Part shown: one piece after another, positions 54,770-64,000 of the stretch
Layout: each line of letters opens with the position of its first letter
Numbering within the stretch: the first letter of the stretch is position 1
Source of the DNA: Verrucomicrobiia bacterium
GTDB taxonomy: Bacteria; Verrucomicrobiota; Verrucomicrobiia; Limisphaerales; UBA11358
NCBI GenBank assembly: GCA_049692125.1
Contig: JBAVOO010000049.1
Coordinates: 3,917-67,916, forward strand
Length of the DNA stretch: 64,000 nucleotides
Reading direction: 5' to 3'
Position numbers and translations under genes: made by a program
Notes under the pieces: generated by a model
Told to the model about the DNA's origin: nothing
Database searches by the model: none
Seen by the model: the letters and a program-made list of their open reading frames with translations, nothing else

Positions 54770-54792
54770 CCGGTTGCGAACGAAATCTCGCA

Positions 54793-56211
54793 ATGAAGTC
54801 TGAAAAAAAAATCACCGGAACCGGGTTCTACGCGCTCGTATTCGGACTGTTTCTCGGTCTGGCGATTTTGAAGTTTGGCAATCCGGTCATCCTCGACCAA
54901 AAAATCACGCCGCCGGTTTCGCCTTCCGAATTTTGGGCGGACGCCTGGCCCCCACATTGGGACAACTGGATTCTGTTGCCGCTGGCGCTGACAGGCGCGG
55001 CGCTTGTGTTCGCGAGCAGGCCGTGCTGGCCGGAAAAGCGCCGGCTCTGGCTGCTGCCGTTGCTGTGGTTCGGCTGGCAGCTTCTTTCAGCCACGCAAAC
55101 CGTGGATGGCAATCTCACCGCAGCGACGCTTTGTCAATTTGCCGGATGCTTCACCTGCTATTTCATCGGCGCATTTATTTTTAGACGCGAGCGCGTCCTG
55201 CAATGGCTGTTTATCGGTGTGCTGGCGGCGTTCGCATTTTGCCTCGTTCGGGGAATCAACGAGCGGCTTTTTGAGTTTCCAGCAAGCCGCCAGTTGTTGC
55301 TGGAAGGCGAGCGCGCAGGCTGGACCAACATTCCGCCGGCCATGCTGCTGGAAATGAAGCGTGACAAGGCGGTCATCAACACCAACGGGGTGGATGTGCC
55401 CAATCCGGCCGTCCTCGCCAAATTTGCCAAAGGGCGCGTCATGGGCACATTGGTTTATCCCAACGCCTTGGCGGGCCTGATTCTGCTGTTATTGCCGGCG
55501 TCGCTCGTTTTGGCGTTCAACAGCACAAAACGACTGCGCCCGCCCATTCGCACAGCGGTCATCGCACTGACCGTTTTTCTGGGTGGTTCAGCGTTTTTTT
55601 GGACCGGCTCGAAGTTGGGTTGGCTGATTGCGCTGGCGCTCGGCAGCGCATGTTTATTTCGTTTGCAGTGGCCGATGCGATTAAAACTGGCAACCCTGAC
55701 AGGCATTTTGCTGATCGGGCTGGTAATTTTTGCGGTTCGATTCCACAGCTACTTTGCCGCCGGCGCAACCAGCATCGGCGCGCGGTTTGATTACTGGCGC
55801 GCGGCAGTGGAAACCACATTCAAGCATCCGCTGCTGGGAACAGGCCCGGGCACTTTTCAACGGCCTTACGCCCAACTCAAATCGCCCACCGCCGAAATGG
55901 CCCGCTTGGCGCATAATGACTACCTCGAACAATTTTCAGATTCGGGCATTGTCGGCGGAATACTCTACGGAGCCTGGATTGTGCTTTCATTGCTGACGAT
56001 CGGGCGGCGCGTCTGGCGCTCTGGTGATCCGGCCAGCTTCGCCATTTTTCTGGGAGTATTTGCCTGGTTTATCCAGGGGTTTGGTGAGTTCAGCCTCTAT
56101 GTTCCGGCACTGGCTTGGACGGCCTTCACCTTGTTGGGCTTTCTGCTCGCCACGACCGGAAATCAAATCGACAAGCATCCGCTGACCGGTTATTCTGCCG
56201 GCCGCACATGA
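54793..56211 (+). CDS. O-antigen ligase (Wzy_C) family membrane protein
   Basis: 472 aa and polytopic. The periplasmic loop has LGTGPGTF...[20 protein letters not shown]. Confidence 0.75.
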   Translation: MKSEKKITGTGFYALVFGLFLGLAILKFGNPVILDQKITPPVSPSEFWADAWPPHWDNWILLPLALTGAALVFASRPCWPEKRRLWLLPLLWFGWQLLSATQTVDGNLTAATLCQFAGCFTCYFIGAFIFRRERVLQWLFIGVLAAFAFCLVRGINERLFEFPASRQLLLEGERAGWTNIPPAMLLEMKRDKAVINTNGVDVPNPAVLAKFAKGRVMGTLVYPNALAGLILLLLPASLVLAFNSTKRLRPPIRTAVIALTVFLGGSAFFWTGSKLGWLIALALGSACLFRLQWPMRLKLATLTGILLIGLVIFAVRFHSYFAAGATSIGARFDYWRAAVETTFKHPLLGTGPGTFQRPYAQLKSPTAEMARLAHNDYLEQFSDSGIVGGILYGAWIVLSLLTIGRRVWRSGDPASFAIFLGVFAWFIQGFGEFSLYVPALAWTAFTLLGFLLATTGNQIDKHPLTGYSAGRT

Positions 56212-56654
56212 AAATTCTCTTTCTCAACGGCCCGAATCTGAATCTGTTGGGACAGCGCGAGCCTGAAGTCTATGGCCGCGTGACTTTGGCCGACATCGAG
56301 GCAAAAGTGCGTGAACGTGCCGCACAGTTGAAGGTGGGGATTGAGTTCCGGCAATCCAATCTGGAAGGCGAGCTGGTTGACTGGATTCAGCAGGCAAAGG
56401 GGAAGTTTGACGTGATTGTCATTAATGCCGCTGCTTACACCCATACCAGCATTGCGCTACGGGATGCGATTGCGGCGGTAGGAGTACCGACCATTGAGAT
56501 TCACCTCTCAAACATTCATTCGAGAGAAAAATTCAGACACAAATCCCTGATTGCGCCGGTTTGTTGCGGACAAATCACCGGCTTTGGCCAAAAATCCTAT
56601 ATTTTGGCTTTAGAAGCGTCCGTTGACGTTAAAGCTGATAGAAAACAGCCATAG
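56208..56654 (+). CDS. aroQ: Type II 3-dehydroquinate dehydratase
   Basis: [55 protein letters not shown]. An ATGA overlap joins it to the upstream gene. Confidence 0.9.
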   Translation: MKILFLNGPNLNLLGQREPEVYGRVTLADIEAKVRERAAQLKVGIEFRQSNLEGELVDWIQQAKGKFDVIVINAAAYTHTSIALRDAIAAVGVPTIEIHLSNIHSREKFRHKSLIAPVCCGQITGFGQKSYILALEASVDVKADRKQP

Positions 56655-56716
56655 AACTGTGTTTTTACGGCAATTTTATCGATTTTTATTTGATTTAAAT
56701 TTTTCTATTTTGCGAC

Positions 56717-56745
56717 TTGACGATAATCATTCCAATGATTAGGAT
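56717..56745 (+). promoter_or_regulatory. Candidate sigma70-type promoter with embedded palindromic operator upstream of accBC
   Basis: The spacing is TTGACG-17 nt-TAGGAT. The spacer contains the perfect palindrome TAATCATT-CC-AATGATTA (56724-56741). It sits in a conspicuously AT-rich 200-bp spacer. Confidence 0.35.
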
Positions 56746-56853
56746 TTAATCCAACTTAATAATAATTCAAGCAGAGTCGAACTTTAGCTGCTGTTTTTCT
56801 GGTTATTTTGGATTAAAAACAGGAATTCGAGTTCACTTTAACGAAAACGTGCC

Positions 56854-57321
56854 GTGGATATAAAAGATATTAAAGCCATAATTGATCTGATGAAGAAAAA
56901 CTCCATAACGGAGTTTGAACTTGAGCGTCAGGATTCAAAAATCAGGCTGAAACGCGGCTCGAATGGCGGCGCACCTGTTGTTCAGTATGATGAACCAGTG
57001 GGTGTTGGTGCTGTTCCAGTTCTGCCGCCGGTTGCTGTTGCATCGGCACTGACAGTAGCGCCGCCAGTTCCAACCACCGGCGAAATTGAGGTCAAATCAC
57101 CAATGATCGGCACTTTTTACCGCGCGCCATCCCCTGAGGCCGGGAGTTACGTTGAAATTGGCACTGAAATCAATCCTGAATCCGTTGTATGCATCATTGA
57201 AGCGATGAAAGTGATGAATGAAATCAAAGCTGAAGTCAAAGGCGTCATCACGCAGGTTCTGGTGGAAAACGCCAAACCGGTGGAATTCGGCCAGCCGCTG
57301 TTCAAAGTGCGGCCGGCCTGA
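56854..57321 (+). CDS. accB: Biotin carboxyl carrier protein of acetyl-CoA carboxylase
   Basis: GTG start. It has a Pro/Ala linker and the biotinyl motif IIEAMKVMNEI. Confidence 0.9.
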   Translation: MDIKDIKAIIDLMKKNSITEFELERQDSKIRLKRGSNGGAPVVQYDEPVGVGAVPVLPPVAVASALTVAPPVPTTGEIEVKSPMIGTFYRAPSPEAGSYVEIGTEINPESVVCIIEAMKVMNEIKAEVKGVITQVLVENAKPVEFGQPLFKVRPA

Positions 57322-57372
57322 CTTTAGTCACAGAAACATTCGTTGAATCCTGTTTGCTTTCACTGAAAGCCC

Positions 57373-58755
57373 ATGTTTGAAAAAATTCTGGTCGCCAATC
57401 GCGGCGAAATTGCTGTTCGGATCATTCGCGCTTGCAAAGAGTTGAACGTCCGCACGGTTGCCGTCTATTCGGAGGCAGATGCCAATTCCATGCACGTGCA
57501 ACTGGCCGATGAAGCCATTTGCATCGGCAAAGCGGCGGCGGCGGAAAGTTATTTGCGCATTGACCGCATCATCAGCGCAGCGGAGGTCGCGGATGTGGAC
57601 GCGATTCATCCCGGCTATGGTTTTCTTTCGGAGAACGCCCATTTCGCCGAGGTTTGCGAGAGTTGCAACATTCGTTTCATCGGCCCCAGCCCGCGCGCGA
57701 TGCAGGCATTGGCCGACAAGGCGGTCAGCCGCGCCCTGGCCAAAAAGGCCGGCGTGGTCGTCCCGCCAGGGTCGGACGGCGTCGTTGAAAAGGAACCGGA
57801 CGCCTTGGCCATCGCCAAACACATCGGTTATCCGGTGATGATTAAAGCCATTGCCGGCGGCGGCGGACGCGGGATGCGTGTGGCGCATAATGACATTTCA
57901 CTCGTGAAAGGTTATCACACGGCGCGAACCGAAGCGGAAAAGGCGTTTGGTAATTCGGGCGTTTACATCGAGAAATACATCGAGAATCCGCATCACATCG
58001 AAATTCAGATTCTCGGTGACCAAAAGGGCCGCATTATTCATCTGGGCGAACGCGATTGTTCCGTTCAACGCCGCAACCAAAAGCTGATCGAAGAGGCGCC
58101 GTCGCCGTTGCTCGAGTATAAATTCCGCAAATTGCGCGACAAAATCGGCAAGGCCGCCGTGAAAATCGCCGAGGCCGCCCACTACACCAACGCCGGCACC
58201 GTCGAGTTCATCGTGGATAATCACGGCAACTTTTATTTCCTCGAAGTCAACAAGCGGATCCAGGTCGAGCACCCCGTCACCGAGGAAGTCACGGGCATTG
58301 ATCTCGTGCGTTACCAAATCCTGCTGGCGCTGGGCGAGCCGCTGCAACATTCGCAAAGCGACATTCAAATCAAAGGCCATGCCATCGAATGTCGCATCAA
58401 TGCCGAGGACCCGTTTGATGAGTTCCGTCCCAGCCCGGGACGGATTGAGATGTATTTTCAGCCCGGTGGCCGCGGCGTGCGCGTGGACACACATGCTTAC
58501 GCGGGTTACACGATCCCGCCGACGTATGACTCGATGATTGGCAAACTGATCACCACCGGCAAGGACCGGCGCGAGGCGATGGATCGCATGAACCGCGCGC
58601 TCGCCGAATACATGATCACCGGCATCAAGACCACGGTCTCCTTCCAGCAAGCCATCATGCAGGACCCGAATTTCCGGCGGGGCGTTTATTCGACCGGTTT
58701 TGTCGAACAATTGCTCGGCGGCGCACGGCGTGAATTGATTGAGGAAAAGACTTGA
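57373..58755 (+). CDS. accC: Biotin carboxylase
   Basis: [43 protein letters not shown]...[18 protein letters not shown]. Confidence 0.95.
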   Translation: MFEKILVANRGEIAVRIIRACKELNVRTVAVYSEADANSMHVQLADEAICIGKAAAAESYLRIDRIISAAEVADVDAIHPGYGFLSENAHFAEVCESCNIRFIGPSPRAMQALADKAVSRALAKKAGVVVPPGSDGVVEKEPDALAIAKHIGYPVMIKAIAGGGGRGMRVAHNDISLVKGYHTARTEAEKAFGNSGVYIEKYIENPHHIEIQILGDQKGRIIHLGERDCSVQRRNQKLIEEAPSPLLEYKFRKLRDKIGKAAVKIAEAAHYTNAGTVEFIVDNHGNFYFLEVNKRIQVEHPVTEEVTGIDLVRYQILLALGEPLQHSQSDIQIKGHAIECRINAEDPFDEFRPSPGRIEMYFQPGGRGVRVDTHAYAGYTIPPTYDSMIGKLITTGKDRREAMDRMNRALAEYMITGIKTTVSFQQAIMQDPNFRRGVYSTGFVEQLLGGARRELIEEKT

Positions 58756-58846
58756 TGGCGGGTTGTGTGCCAACAGCCCTCCTAGGTGTTCCCAGAATTA
58801 AATTTGACAGCCGCCGTCCGCCGTTTATCTTGAACCACTAAATACT

Positions 58847-59287
58847 ATGGCTGACATTCCTTCGAACATACCAGGCGCGCCCGCAGGCGCTGTGCCACCG
58901 GTAAAAAAAGAAACCGGCAAGGTACAGCCCAAAAAAGAAACCGTCCGAATCAATTTGCCGCCGAAACCATCCACGGCGCCGACCATCAAACTGCCGACGC
59001 TGCCGCCCGGCGGTCCTGCCGGCGCTCCAAGCGCGGGACCATTGTCAACCAGCGCGGCAAAAGCTCACCCGGCATCTACTGCTGCCGCGCCACGAACCGC
59101 GGCTGCCGCTGCCGCGCCCGTGGCTCAAACACGTTCCGCTCCGGCGGGTCAAAGAGCGGCGCCTGCCGCCGCTCCCACGTTTGGCGCGCTCGACAACATT
59201 CTGGTCATCGCCGCGGTTGTGGCTGGATTGTTTGCCGCCGGCACTGTGGTTTGGATGTTCCTGATCCTCAAAAATGCAATCGGCTGA
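58847..59287 (+). CDS. Pro/Ala-rich protein with C-terminal TM helix, unknown function
   Basis: 146 aa. It is low-complexity Pro/Ala and ends in ILVIAAVVAGLFAAGTVVWMFLIL. Confidence 0.45.
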   Translation: MADIPSNIPGAPAGAVPPVKKETGKVQPKKETVRINLPPKPSTAPTIKLPTLPPGGPAGAPSAGPLSTSAAKAHPASTAAAPRTAAAAAAPVAQTRSAPAGQRAAPAAAPTFGALDNILVIAAVVAGLFAAGTVVWMFLILKNAIG

Positions 59288-59339
59288 AACCGTTTTTGAC
59301 CGCATTGTTTCTCGTGCCAAAAACCATCCCATTTGACGT

Positions 59340-59672
59340 ATGGCTTCTCCATTAATCGTCACGCTCACGCAGGAAAATTTTGCGCAGCAGGTTGTGCAAT
59401 CGCCGGTGCCCGTGCTCGTTGATTTCTGGGCCGAGTGGTGCGGCCCGTGCAAAATGATCGCGCCGCTCCTCGACGAACTGGCCGACGAATACGACGGCAA
59501 GGTGAAAATCGGCAAAGTGAACATTGACGAGCAGCAGTCGCTGGCCGCCGAATACGGCATTCGCGCCATTCCCACCCTGCTGCTTTTTAACAAGGGCGAA
59601 ATCGCCGAGCAGATGGTTGGGGCCAAGAGCCGGCGCGATTTCAAGGCCAGCCTGGATCGCGTCGCGGCCTGA
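59340..59672 (+). CDS. trxA: Thioredoxin
   Basis: 110 aa with active site WAEWCGPCK. Confidence 0.9.
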   Translation: MASPLIVTLTQENFAQQVVQSPVPVLVDFWAEWCGPCKMIAPLLDELADEYDGKVKIGKVNIDEQQSLAAEYGIRAIPTLLLFNKGEIAEQMVGAKSRRDFKASLDRVAA

Positions 59673-59699
59673 CCGCTGCCGGTCCCGCGAGGCGGGATT

Positions 59700-60713
59700 A
59701 TGCCGCTCATCATCTCGCCCCGACAATTTGTCCAGCGGGCCGAGTTGTATCATCAACTCGGCCAGCTCATGTCCGCCGGAATTCCCATCGTTCGCGCACT
59801 GGAGCAAATCGAACGCCGTCCGCCCGCCTCGGCCTACCACCAGCCGTTGCAACGCCTGCTCAATGAAATCGCCAAAGGCGCAACGCTGGCCGAATCATTG
59901 CAACGTCTCGACTGGCTGCCCGCGTTCGACCTGGCGTTGATTGGGGCCGGCGAACAAAGCGGGCGGCTCGACACCTGTTTCCGCCTGCTCGCCGATTACT
60001 ACAACGACCGCGCCCGCGTCATCAAGCAGGTGATTTCCCAGCTCATTTACCCCGTCGGACTGATTCACATGGCCGCCCTCATTTTTTTTATCGTGCTTCC
60101 GTTTGCCGCGTCGCAGTTCAACGCCAGCCTGACCCTCCTGTTCGCCAAAGCCGCACTCATCCTCTCACCGCTTTATGGCGCCGTCGCCTTGATGATTTAC
60201 GCCACGCAGAGCAAACACGGTGAAAACTGGCGCGCCAGGATTGAATCCCTGTTACGACCAGTTCCCATCCTGGGCACGGCCCGGCATTATCTCGCCCTTT
60301 CCCGGCTCGCCGCGGCACTCGAAGCGCTCATCAGCGCCGGGGTCAACATCTTCGAGGCTTGGGACCTGGCCGCCACCGCCAGCGGCTCACCCGCCCTGCG
60401 CCGTGCCGTTGCCGACTGGAAACCACGCGTGGTTGCCGGCCAAATGCCGTCCGAAGCCGTGCGCCTCTGCCCGCTATTCCCGGAAACCTTTGCCAACCTT
60501 TACGCCAGCGGCGAGATCAGCGGCAAACTGGATGATTCGCTCCGCCATCTGAACCGGCTTTACAATGAGGACGGCTCACGCAAGCTGAACGCCTTCGCAA
60601 CCTGGACGCCACGGCTCGTTTATATGCTGGTCGCGCTGTTCATCGGCTACAAGATCATTCAGTTCTATACGGGTTATTTCAACCAAATCTCCACCATCAC
60701 CAACGGGTTTTAA
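59700..60713 (+). CDS. Type II secretion / type IV pilus platform protein (GspF/PilC family)
   Basis: 337 aa. T2SSF patterns: QLGQLMSAGIPIVRAL...GATLAESL and LISAGVNIFEAWDLAA...GEISGKLDDSL. It has 3 TM segments. Confidence 0.75.
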   Translation: MPLIISPRQFVQRAELYHQLGQLMSAGIPIVRALEQIERRPPASAYHQPLQRLLNEIAKGATLAESLQRLDWLPAFDLALIGAGEQSGRLDTCFRLLADYYNDRARVIKQVISQLIYPVGLIHMAALIFFIVLPFAASQFNASLTLLFAKAALILSPLYGAVALMIYATQSKHGENWRARIESLLRPVPILGTARHYLALSRLAAALEALISAGVNIFEAWDLAATASGSPALRRAVADWKPRVVAGQMPSEAVRLCPLFPETFANLYASGEISGKLDDSLRHLNRLYNEDGSRKLNAFATWTPRLVYMLVALFIGYKIIQFYTGYFNQISTITNGF

Positions 60714-60755
60714 TTCCACTTTGCGCGCCGGACCTTTGCCCATTAACTTCGCCGC

Positions 60756-61904
60756 ATGACATTGACCGAATTGCTCGCGAATGAGGAACTTCGCCAACGT
60801 GAGTTCCCTGTCGTTCGCGATAAAATTTTCCTCGCGCACGCCGGGGTTTGTCCGTTGCCGCATCGCATCGCCGAAGCCATTTCCGAATGCGCCCAACGCG
60901 GCACGCTGGGAGATCAGGAAGCCTTCGTCCTGCACCGCCTGGACGATGCGCGCCAGCTCGGGGCGCGGTTGTTGAATTGCCAGCCGGAGGAAGTCGCGCT
61001 CGTCGGGCCGACTTCGCTCGCGCTGAGTTTTGTCGCCGCCGGGCTGAGTTTTCGCAAGAGCGACAACATCCTCATTTATCACGACGATTACCCGTCGAAC
61101 GTTTATCCGTGGCTAGCGCTGGCCGAACGCGGCGTCGAAGTCCGCCTGTTAAACACGCGCGGTCTCGGCGTCATCCGCCCGCAGGATGTGATGGGACAGG
61201 TGGACGAAAACACCCGGCTCGTCGCGCTCGCGTCCTGCCACTTCATCAGCGGCTATCGCATTGATTTTCAGGCCATCGGCAAATTTTTGCGCGAACGCGG
61301 AATCCTGTTTTGTCTCGATGCGATTCAAACGCTCGGCGCGTTTCCGACGACGGTCGAGCACGTGGATTTTCTCGCCGCCGACGCGCATAAATGGCTGCTC
61401 GGCCCCTGTGGTGCGGGCCTGTTTCATGTCCGGCGCGAGTTGCAGGAAAAACTGAACCCGCCGGTTTACGGCTGGCACAACGTGCGCTGCCCGAATTTCG
61501 TCGCGCAGGAACAAATTGTTTTCCGCGACGGCGCGGCGAAATACGAGGCCGGCACGCACAATCTGCTCGGACTGGTCGGTTTGATCACCGCCATGGAACT
61601 GGTGCTGGAAATCGGCGTCGAAAAAATTGCGGCCGAATTATTGCGCAAACGCGCGTGGCTCGTGCCGGCCTTGCAGGCAAAAGGTTTTGCGGTTTTGAAC
61701 GGAGATGCGAGAACTGAAAACGCGAGCAGTATCATTTCATTTCACCAATCCGGCAAAGACCTCACGGCGTTGCACAAAAAATTGACGGACGCCGGCGTCG
61801 TGGCGTCGTTGCGCGCGGACCGCAAAGGACAAAATTACATCCGTTTCTCGCCGCATTTTTACAACACGGACGCGGAGTTGCAACGCGCGCTGGAATTGCT
61901 CTAG
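60756..61904 (+). CDS. Class V aminotransferase-fold PLP enzyme (cysteine desulfurase / epimerase-like)
   Basis: 382 aa. Motifs: CLDAIQTLG, FLAADAHKWLLGPCGAG (PLP lysine). Confidence 0.8.
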   Translation: MTLTELLANEELRQREFPVVRDKIFLAHAGVCPLPHRIAEAISECAQRGTLGDQEAFVLHRLDDARQLGARLLNCQPEEVALVGPTSLALSFVAAGLSFRKSDNILIYHDDYPSNVYPWLALAERGVEVRLLNTRGLGVIRPQDVMGQVDENTRLVALASCHFISGYRIDFQAIGKFLRERGILFCLDAIQTLGAFPTTVEHVDFLAADAHKWLLGPCGAGLFHVRRELQEKLNPPVYGWHNVRCPNFVAQEQIVFRDGAAKYEAGTHNLLGLVGLITAMELVLEIGVEKIAAELLRKRAWLVPALQAKGFAVLNGDARTENASSIISFHQSGKDLTALHKKLTDAGVVASLRADRKGQNYIRFSPHFYNTDAELQRALELL

Positions 61905-61923
61905 CCGCAGCGGGAAGTCGCGG

Positions 61924-64000
61924 TTACGACTCATCCTGCCGGCTGTATTCGCGGATCGAGGCTTTCCACCACGGCGCGAGCGATTGACGCAGCCAGGCTT
62001 CATGATACAACCAGACCATGGTGCGCTCATCAGCCATGATTAAAAGCCGTTCGGCGGGCGTCAATTTGTCCGGCCCGGCAGCCAGCAATTTTTCGCCCAG
62101 CGCGCGGACTTTCGGGCTGCCGACACCCAGCGCCGCCAGTTGCTCGGCATAAACCGGATTGAGCTGTTTCTCGCGCAGCAGCGAAACGTGAATGGCGTTG
62201 ACGTAAGGATCGAGCACCGCCTCCGCCAGACCCGCGTGGGGACGGCGCGGGGAAGTGTCTTCGGTCATTTCATGGACTTTCATGTTCGCACGGAGTGTGA
62301 CCAGTTCCGGCGGCGGCGCGATTTCCTCCGGCGTGAGAAACAATCCCAGCTTTCGCGCCCGCGCGCCGAGGCTGCGCCGGCTGGTAAAGACGCTCAAGGG
62401 AATGGACAAAATCATTCCCGCCAGCATGGGCGTGAACCACCAAAACAGCGACGGTCCGAGCCACCACATGAATGCGCCCCAAACCAGCCCGAACAACGTG
62501 TGCCCCCAATGCCGCCGGATGGCATAGGTCCACACGGTGCCCCCGGCGGCGCGTTTTTGCGGCCACCAACCGACACTGACGCCCAGCAGGTTGGTGACGA
62601 CAAACCGCGTGTGCCACAGCATCAGCAGCGGCGCGTGCAACGTGGAAAAAATGGTTTCGCAAAACACGCCGGTGGTTGCGCGCGCCAGGCCGCCAAAGGC
62701 CCGCCGTCGTTCCGAATCATACGAAAGGTCAATGAGCGCAAGCGCCTTGGGCAGCATGATGACGGCCATGCAGATGACGAAAATGAGCAGGGCGTGGGCG
62801 GCGCCGCTAAAGTTGCCCAAGGACCGCGTGAACGCCCGCACGGTGATGTCCGAAAGACCCGTGTGTTTGTGGAACCAGCAGATCCAGTTAAAAGTGAGCA
62901 GAAATGCCAGCCATAAAGGCCCGGCGAGATAGCCGTAAATACCCAGAATCAGATGCAGCCGGCTCACCCCGCGCAGTCCTTTGGCAAAGAGCACGAGGCC
63001 GTGCTGCAAATTGCCCTGACACCAGCGGCGCTCGCGCTGGGCGTTTTCGATCATGGCCTGTGGCGTTTCCTCGTAGCTGCCTTCGAGGTCGTAAGCGAAC
63101 CAGACCTCCCAGTTTTCGCGCAACATCAGCGCCGCCTCGACAAAATCGTGGCTGAGAATCTGGCCCCCGAATGGCTTGCGCCCGGGCAGTTGCGGCAAAT
63201 CACAAAATTGCATGAACGGCTCGGTGCGGATGATGGCGTTGTGCCCCCAATAATTCCCCAGATCGAGCGCCCAGTAATTCAATCCGGCAATGAACAGCGG
63301 CGCGTAAAGGCGGTTGGCAAATTGCTGGATGCGTCCAAACAGCGTTTCGGCGTTGACCACCGCCGGCACGGTTTGAATCAATCCGACGTCCGGATGCGTT
63401 TCCATCAATTTCACCAGGTCCACGAGCGTTTTGCCGCGCATGACACTGTCGGCGTCGCACACCAGGAAATAGCGGTAGCGGCGGCCCCAGGCATTGAGAA
63501 AGTCGCGCACGTTCCCGCTCTTGCGGCTTTCGTTGTTCAACCGGCGGCGATAGTGAATGCGGCCCAGCGCGTCGAGTTCACGAACCAGATCATACCAGCG
63601 CCGTTCCTCCTCGATCCATTTGTCAGGATTGGTGGAGTCGCTCAGGATGAAAAAGTCGAAGCGTTCAAGCTGGCCGGTTTTTTCCAAGGATTCATACGTC
63701 GCGCGCAAGCCTTCGCAGACGCGCACGACGTCTTCGTTGTAAACCGGAAAGACAATCGCCGTGCTGATGCCGGCAATGCTTTGGCCGCGATATTCCTTCA
63801 GACGCGTGATGCAGCGGTCGTCGCCGAACATTCGCAACACAAAACCATACAGGCCGTGCATGCAACCGATGGCAACGAACCAAAACAAAATCACAAACAA
63901 AACCAGCAGCACGGTGCGCGACGCGGACCAGCCCTTCCGCCACAGCAAATCGGCAAAGAGCATCGAGACCAGACCGGTGAGCAGCAGCGCGCATGAATAA
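61924..64000 (-). CDS. opgH: Glucans biosynthesis glucosyltransferase H (OpgH/MdoH); N-terminus probably beyond the window
   Basis: Motifs: FPVYNED, FFILSDS, FLVCDADSVM, QRERRWCQGNLQH. The reading frame stays open from 63963 to the window edge. Confidence 0.85.
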   Translation of the reverse strand, partial: YSCALLLTGLVSMLFADLLWRKGWSASRTVLLVLFVILFWFVAIGCMHGLYGFVLRMFGDDRCITRLKEYRGQSIAGISTAIVFPVYNEDVVRVCEGLRATYESLEKTGQLERFDFFILSDSTNPDKWIEEERRWYDLVRELDALGRIHYRRRLNNESRKSGNVRDFLNAWGRRYRYFLVCDADSVMRGKTLVDLVKLMETHPDVGLIQTVPAVVNAETLFGRIQQFANRLYAPLFIAGLNYWALDLGNYWGHNAIIRTEPFMQFCDLPQLPGRKPFGGQILSHDFVEAALMLRENWEVWFAYDLEGSYEETPQAMIENAQRERRWCQGNLQHGLVLFAKGLRGVSRLHLILGIYGYLAGPLWLAFLLTFNWICWFHKHTGLSDITVRAFTRSLGNFSGAAHALLIFVICMAVIMLPKALALIDLSYDSERRRAFGGLARATTGVFCETIFSTLHAPLLMLWHTRFVVTNLLGVSVGWWPQKRAAGGTVWTYAIRRHWGHTLFGLVWGAFMWWLGPSLFWWFTPMLAGMILSIPLSVFTSRRSLGARARKLGLFLTPEEIAPPPELVTLRANMKVHEMTEDTSPRRPHAGLAEAVLDPYVNAIHVSLLREKQLNPVYAEQLAALGVGSPKVRALGEKLLAAGPDKLTPAERLLIMADERTMVWLYHEAWLRQSLAPWWKASIREYSRQDES

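Noticed and set aside
53711-54793. 360-aa minus-strand ORF
   Set aside because: It is antisense to holB and has mirror-ORF composition.
62140-63996. Plus-strand ORFs of 258 and 347 aa
   Set aside because: They are antisense to opgH, which carries clear glycosyltransferase family 2 / OpgH motifs.

Overview
This is a 64-kb window from a GC-rich diderm genome. It is most consistent with Verrucomicrobiota or another PVC-group organism. That placement is an inference from GloVer repeats, a DUF1559-type prepilin, a PEP-CTERM protein and giant proteins with autotransporter-associated beta-strand repeats. I ran no database search, so all calls rest on motifs read from the ORF track and the DNA. I can support about 55 CDS, one tRNA-Leu(CAA), three intrinsic terminators, several gene remnants and several repeat families. 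There is no rRNA and no CRISPR array.

Layout:
- 0-1.7 kb: an alpha-oxoamine synthase followed by an SDR/epimerase-family gene.
- 2-12.8 kb: one co-directional minus-strand block. Its order is ribBA, monohaem cyt c, porin, monohaem cyt c, GltD-like NAD(P)H flavoprotein, Rieske, cyt b, hexahaem cyt c, hicBA, cyt c, ribH. Copies of a GAAATCC-heptamer palindromic repeat punctuate it.
- 13-19.8 kb: housekeeping genes (histidine kinase, lptD, permease, hisF).
- 20-26 kb: a seven-gene envelope cluster of lipoproteins and secreted proteins (CsgG-like, PEGA, YcfL, LpoB).
- 26-27.2 kb: a gene-poor, hairpin-rich stretch ending in tRNA-Leu.
- 27.3-52.2 kb: accessory DNA bounded by a 22/24 direct repeat of the tRNA 3' half. 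It holds integrase and transposase remnants, three 1047-1554 aa secreted proteins, and pectin-related genes that are partly decayed.
- 52.3-64 kb: a pectate lyase followed by housekeeping genes (holB, aroQ, accBC, trxA, opgH).

The findings most worth a second look:
- the porin / cytochrome / Rieske-cyt b / GltD-like block, as a candidate trans-envelope electron conduit;
- the tRNA-Leu island;
- the LpoB / YcfL / CsgG-like cluster;
- the SPT-like synthase plus reductase pair.
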